From the NCBI GenBank assembly GCA_033852095.1, contig JAWSVD010000110.1, positions 6,729 through 70,728 on the forward strand: a stretch of 64,000 bases of DNA, written 5' to 3'. The stretch is from Granulosicoccaceae bacterium (GTDB taxonomy: Bacteria > Pseudomonadota > Gammaproteobacteria > CALCKW01). This document shows, piece by piece, positions 60,331 through 64,000 of this stretch. Below the pieces are notes generated by a model. It had not been told where the DNA came from. It made no database searches and saw nothing but the letters and a program-made list of their open reading frames with translations. Numbering within the stretch: the stretch's first letter is position 1; each line of letters starts with the position of its first letter. A program made the translations under genes and the position numbers.

Positions 60331-60413
60331 CTCTTTCTCTCTACCGCTAGTTCAGCTCAGTCTACCGAATCTGGGCGCAAAGCTGAACGGCCATCAGGTG
60401 ACCATTGCCGCCA

Positions 60414-61040
60414 TTACTTCTCGCGCGGCAGCCTGCCCATCAGATAAAACTCGTCGTTGGGCCGCATGTCGATGGTATTGGCCATGCGATTCGACAGCCC
60501 GAACAGCGCGGATATGGCGGCGATGTCCCACACATCCTCACGATCAAAACCGTGTATCGCCAATATTTCGTAGTCATCTGCGTTGATTTCCGCTGAGCGC
60601 AGCGTGACTTTTTCCGCAAAGCCCAGCATGGCCCGCTCGCGGGCGCTGATCTCAGACTTGCGGTAATTGATCGCCACTTGATCGGCCAAGAGCGGTTTTT
60701 TAGAGTAGATCCTAAGCAAAGCACCGTGCGACACAACGCAGTAGTGGCAAGCGTTGAGGGAGCTGGTCACCACCACGATCATCTCGCGCTCAGCCGGCGT
60801 GAGCTGTGATTCTTCACGCTCCATCACCGCGTCATGGTAGGCAAAAAAAGCGCGAAACTCGGCCGGCCGGTGCGCCAACGCCACAAACACATTGGGCACA
60901 AAACCTGCTTTCTCGGCCACTTGTTCGATGCGTTCCCGCACATCGGCTGGCAAGCTGCTCAGCGTGGGAACCGGAAAAGCACTGATGGATTCATCCAGCG
61001 ATTCCTGCAAATCTGATATTTCACTCATAACTGCGCCCAT
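60414..61040 (-). CDS. carboxymuconolactone decarboxylase-family 'peroxidase-related enzyme'
   Basis: 'VTSSLNACHYCVVSHG' CxxxHC AhpD-like core. Confidence 0.7.
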   Translation of the reverse strand: MGAVMSEISDLQESLDESISAFPVPTLSSLPADVRERIEQVAEKAGFVPNVFVALAHRPAEFRAFFAYHDAVMEREESQLTPAEREMIVVVTSSLNACHYCVVSHGALLRIYSKKPLLADQVAINYRKSEISARERAMLGFAEKVTLRSAEINADDYEILAIHGFDREDVWDIAAISALFGLSNRMANTIDMRPNDEFYLMGRLPREK

Positions 61041-62259
61041 CCTCTATCACCACACCATCATTTGCGAGCGACCCAGGTGCCACCAGCTCCACCGTGCCGC
61101 GCAACTGGGTCAATTCCCGCAGGGAAACAAGCAGCTGCCCCATTAGCGCTTCGCTGTGTTCAGCCGCTTCGCAGCGCAAGAGCATGGCATCGCTGTGATC
61201 AACTTGTGTCACCACCAGCCTCGCCTTATCCACCTGCGGGTGCCGCGCAATGATCGCCGCAACCTGCTCGGGCCGCACGAACATGCCTTTGACCTTTGCG
61301 CTCTGATCAGCGCGACCCATCCATCCAGCCAGTCTCTTGTTGCTCCTGCCACAGGGGCTCGGCCCCTCAAGAAAGGCTGATAGATCACCGGTGGCGAAAC
61401 GGACCAAGGGATACACGCGATTCTCCAGCAGGGTCACGAGCACCTCCCCGACCTCCCCCACCGCGACAGGCTCGCCGGTGCCCGGTCGCACGATCTCGAC
61501 GATCACCCCCTCATCGACAATCATTCCCTCCTTCGCTTCTGACTCGTAGCTGATCAAGCCCAGATCAGCAGTGGCGTAACACTGCAACACCGACACTCCG
61601 TGGCTCAGCAGCTCCTCTCGCAAGCTCGGCGGCAGTGCCTCGCCGCCCACTAAAGCGTGCTTGAGCTTATCGAAGCTCAGACCCTCGTCACGCGCCTTGT
61701 TCAGCAGTATTTTGAGAAACGACGGCGTGCCCACATAGGCATCCGGCGCCAGCTGCGCCATGGCCGCGAGCTGCATATCGGTCTGCCCTGTTCCCGCGGG
61801 AAAAACAGCGCAGCCCAAGGCGTGCGCACCACTCTCCAACATGGCCCCGGCAGGGGTGAAATGGTAGGAGAATGTATTGTGCAGCAACATACCCTTGCGG
61901 ATACCGGCAGCGTGCAGGGCACGCGCAGTGCGCCAGACATCCACACCCGCGGCCTCTGGTTCATGGATGGGGCCTGGGGACGCGAACACCCGGCTGACCT
62001 CCCCCCACTGCGCGGCGGCCAAGCCCCCAAAGGGCGGCTGGCTGCGCTGCGCCTCCACCAACATTGATTTGCGCAACACCGGCAGAGTCGCGAGTTCGTC
62101 CAGGCTCGCAAGCTCTGTGGCACAATCAGCCAAGTGATCCCGCAGTGCCGGTGCGTGCACCCGCGCATGGGCGAGCTGTAGATTCAACTGCGCCAATTGC
62201 GCCTGGGCGCGCTCCACTGGCTCACGGCATTCTAAATCGTCGTAAAACTCATGGTTCAT
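61021..62259 (-). CDS. phenylacetate--CoA ligase-like (PaaK/coenzyme F390 synthetase family) adenylating enzyme
   Basis: 'LHNTFSYHFTPAGAMLESGAHALGCAVFPAGTGQTDMQL' and C-terminal ANL small domain; 412 aa. Confidence 0.75.
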   Translation of the reverse strand: MNHEFYDDLECREPVERAQAQLAQLNLQLAHARVHAPALRDHLADCATELASLDELATLPVLRKSMLVEAQRSQPPFGGLAAAQWGEVSRVFASPGPIHEPEAAGVDVWRTARALHAAGIRKGMLLHNTFSYHFTPAGAMLESGAHALGCAVFPAGTGQTDMQLAAMAQLAPDAYVGTPSFLKILLNKARDEGLSFDKLKHALVGGEALPPSLREELLSHGVSVLQCYATADLGLISYESEAKEGMIVDEGVIVEIVRPGTGEPVAVGEVGEVLVTLLENRVYPLVRFATGDLSAFLEGPSPCGRSNKRLAGWMGRADQSAKVKGMFVRPEQVAAIIARHPQVDKARLVVTQVDHSDAMLLRCEAAEHSEALMGQLLVSLRELTQLRGTVELVAPGSLANDGVVIEDGRSYE

Positions 62260-62335
62260 ATAACAGGCCTGTGTTCAATGGAAGTCGCCAATACTCAGCT
62301 GAGCCTACACCCTATAAAAATATATTGGCTGGGCT

Positions 62336-63193
62336 CTACGACAACCAGCGCTTGCGACGGCGGTAGTGTTTGGTATTGCGGAAACTGCGGCGCCCTTTGT
62401 CGCTCACGCCCAGATAGAACTCCTTGACGTCGGAATTTTCGCGCAATTCAGCAGCGGTGCCGTCCATCACGACACGGCCACTCTCCAAGATATAGCCGTA
62501 GTCCGCATAACGCAGTGCCACGTTGGTATTTTGTTCGGCCAGTAAAAAACTGACCCCCTCTTGTTCGTTCAGGTTTTTCACGATGCCGAATATTTCTTCC
62601 ACCAACTGTGGTGCCAAGCCCATCGAAGGCTCATCCAACAGAATAGTCTCTGGCCGCGACATCATGGCCCGGCCGATCGCACACATTTGCTGCTCGCCGC
62701 CCGAGGTATAGCCCGCCTGAGATTTGCGGCGCTCCCGCAGGCGCGGGAAGTAGTTGTAGACCATCTCCATGTCGCGATTGACGGCAGCCTTGCCATCCTG
62801 GCGCGTGTAGGCCCCGGTGAGTAAATTCTCCTCGATAGTGAGGTGCTCAAAACAATGCCGCCCCTCCATCACTTGAATAACGCCACGCCGCACCAACTCC
62901 GAGGGATTGAGCTCGGTGATGTCATTCCCCCGATACTCAATCGTGCCCTTGGTCACATCGCCGCGCTCTGAACGCAGCAAATTGGAAATCGCCTTGAGTG
63001 TCGTGGTTTTGCCTGCACCGTTACCACCCAACAAAGCCGTGATGCCACCTTTTGGCACGGAGAGGCTCACGCCTTTGAGCACCAATATCACGTGGTTGTA
63101 AATCACTTCGATGTTGTTGACGGTCAACAACGGCTCTCCCGTCTGCAACTCTTGCTGCTGCATGGTTTTTCTCCCATCGGTATTCGCAAGCAT
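62336..63193 (-). CDS. branched-chain amino acid-type ABC transporter ATP-binding protein (LivF-like)
   Basis: Walker A 'GGNGAGKTT', signature 'SGGEQQM', Walker B 'ILLDEPS'. Confidence 0.85.
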   Translation of the reverse strand: MLANTDGRKTMQQQELQTGEPLLTVNNIEVIYNHVILVLKGVSLSVPKGGITALLGGNGAGKTTTLKAISNLLRSERGDVTKGTIEYRGNDITELNPSELVRRGVIQVMEGRHCFEHLTIEENLLTGAYTRQDGKAAVNRDMEMVYNYFPRLRERRKSQAGYTSGGEQQMCAIGRAMMSRPETILLDEPSMGLAPQLVEEIFGIVKNLNEQEGVSFLLAEQNTNVALRYADYGYILESGRVVMDGTAAELRENSDVKEFYLGVSDKGRRSFRNTKHYRRRKRWLS

Positions 63194-63300
63194 GAAGGTA
63201 AATCAAGCATAAAAAATACGTGCTTCTATAAAACCGGTGCCCCATATATTGGGGCACCGTAACTCCTGCTAAAGCTCCGTGGCTCTAACGAGAGTAGACT

Positions 63301-64000
63301 CTAGCTACAATCACGCGGGGTGATGTTGTTTTCTTTGGCGTAGGCTTCACTGTCTTCAGTGATCAAGGCGCCTATAACATCCATATCCGAAGGACCAAAA
63401 TCGGAGATTAAGTTCCATTTTTTGGCTGCCGCGTCCCACTGCTGCACTGCGCCCGTGCCCGGACCACCGTGGTTTTCACAACTCACCGCGAAGGTGGGAC
63501 CAAATCCTGGGATACCCAGGCCAGCCATTTTCTCCTCGGTGATCTCCAGAGCTTCCATGCCATCACGCATCTGTGCTGGGTTGATGTCGGCGGTACCGTG
63601 GATTTCCTGCGCGGTACGCGCGGCTTCTACAGCCAAGATCGCTGCGTACATGCCACGGTTGTACAACACGGTGCCCACTTGATCGCCCGCACCAGCTGCC
63701 AGGCCCTTGTCCACGACATACTCTTGAATATCGGCAAACACAGGGAAACCCGCGCCTGTCTGGTGGAATGTTAAGGCTTTGTAGCCGTTGGCTTTCGCAC
63801 CGGCGGGGATAACATCGTTCTCGGAACCCGACCACCAGATGCCGATGAAGTTCTCCATATTAAAGCGGATGTTGGCCGCCTCTTGAATCGCGACTTGATT
63901 CATCACGCCCCAACCCCACATGAGCACAAAATCGGGCCGCTCGCGGCGAATTTGCAACCACTGAGATTTTTGCTCTTGGCCCGGGTGATCGACCGGAATA
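63301..64000 (-). CDS. ABC transporter substrate-binding protein (LivK/LivJ family), partial (N-terminus beyond window)
   Basis: Frame continues to window edge; periplasmic-binding-protein type I pattern. Confidence 0.65.
   Translation of the reverse strand, partial: IPVDHPGQEQKSQWLQIRRERPDFVLMWGWGVMNQVAIQEAANIRFNMENFIGIWWSGSENDVIPAGAKANGYKALTFHQTGAGFPVFADIQEYVVDKGLAAGAGDQVGTVLYNRGMYAAILAVEAARTAQEIHGTADINPAQMRDGMEALEITEEKMAGLGIPGFGPTFAVSCENHGGPGTGAVQQWDAAAKKWNLISDFGPSDMDVIGALITEDSEAYAKENNITPRDCS

Overview
This is a GC-rich chromosomal segment that looks gammaproteobacterial. The CysB, AvtA, PrfC, MnmA and HflD homologues and a nudJ-mnmA-hflD gene order resemble the E. coli pattern. It is densely packed with about 58 protein-coding genes. 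I found no rRNA, tRNA, CRISPR array, integrase, transposase or phage gene. All coordinates come from the supplied ORF track, with start sites refined by codon arithmetic, so single-base positions may be off by 1-2 nt. Nothing here was checked by database search.

Main content, in order:
- A MATE efflux gene with a translationally coupled GGCT-like gene (0-2 kb).
- A secreted cadherin-like repeat protein whose C-terminal tail looks like a GlyGly-CTERM sorting signal, coupled to an OmpA-family gene (2.4-5.3 kb).
- An MTH1187/YkoF-like gene, then a SatD-like gene paired with a DUF3307 gene (5.5-7.5 kb).
- A second MATE gene and a DUF3141 hydrolase-like gene (7.5-12 kb).
- A ferredoxin, tungsten-type aldehyde:ferredoxin oxidoreductase and MoaD-like operon (12.6-15.1 kb).
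- A lower-GC islet carrying an acyltransferase-3 gene and a secreted lipoprotein gene (15.6-18.1 kb).
- A 17-kb exopolysaccharide locus (18.3-35.4 kb), the largest functional block. It encodes a PLP enzyme, a Wzy-like ligase, a deacetylase, two glycosyltransferases, a Wzx-like flippase, an outer-membrane barrel, a BY-kinase-like ATPase with a degenerate Walker A motif, a Wzz/PCP protein, a Wza-like exporter, an EpsB-type priming sugar transferase and a UDP-sugar dehydrogenase/epimerase pair. No exosortase gene is visible in the window.
- A complete seven-gene Bat/MoxR operon (35.6-42.4 kb).
- Housekeeping genes (SDR, avtA, xthA, a GGCT-like gene, an Ada-like gene, cysB, prfC, actP with its small subunit, a LysR gene, a NUDIX gene, mnmA, hflD).
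- An OmpA/BON-like protein paired with a helix-hairpin-helix membrane protein.
- A DUF1285 gene with acetoacetyl-CoA synthetase.
- A PaaK-like ligase, CMD-family protein and Liv-type ABC cluster that runs off the right edge.

The most interesting candidates are the GlyGly-CTERM-like adhesin, the EPS locus with its possibly inactive kinase, an embedded J-domain gene and a repeat-tailed Wzy, the AOR operon with a dedicated MoaD-like gene, and the SatD/DUF3307 module.
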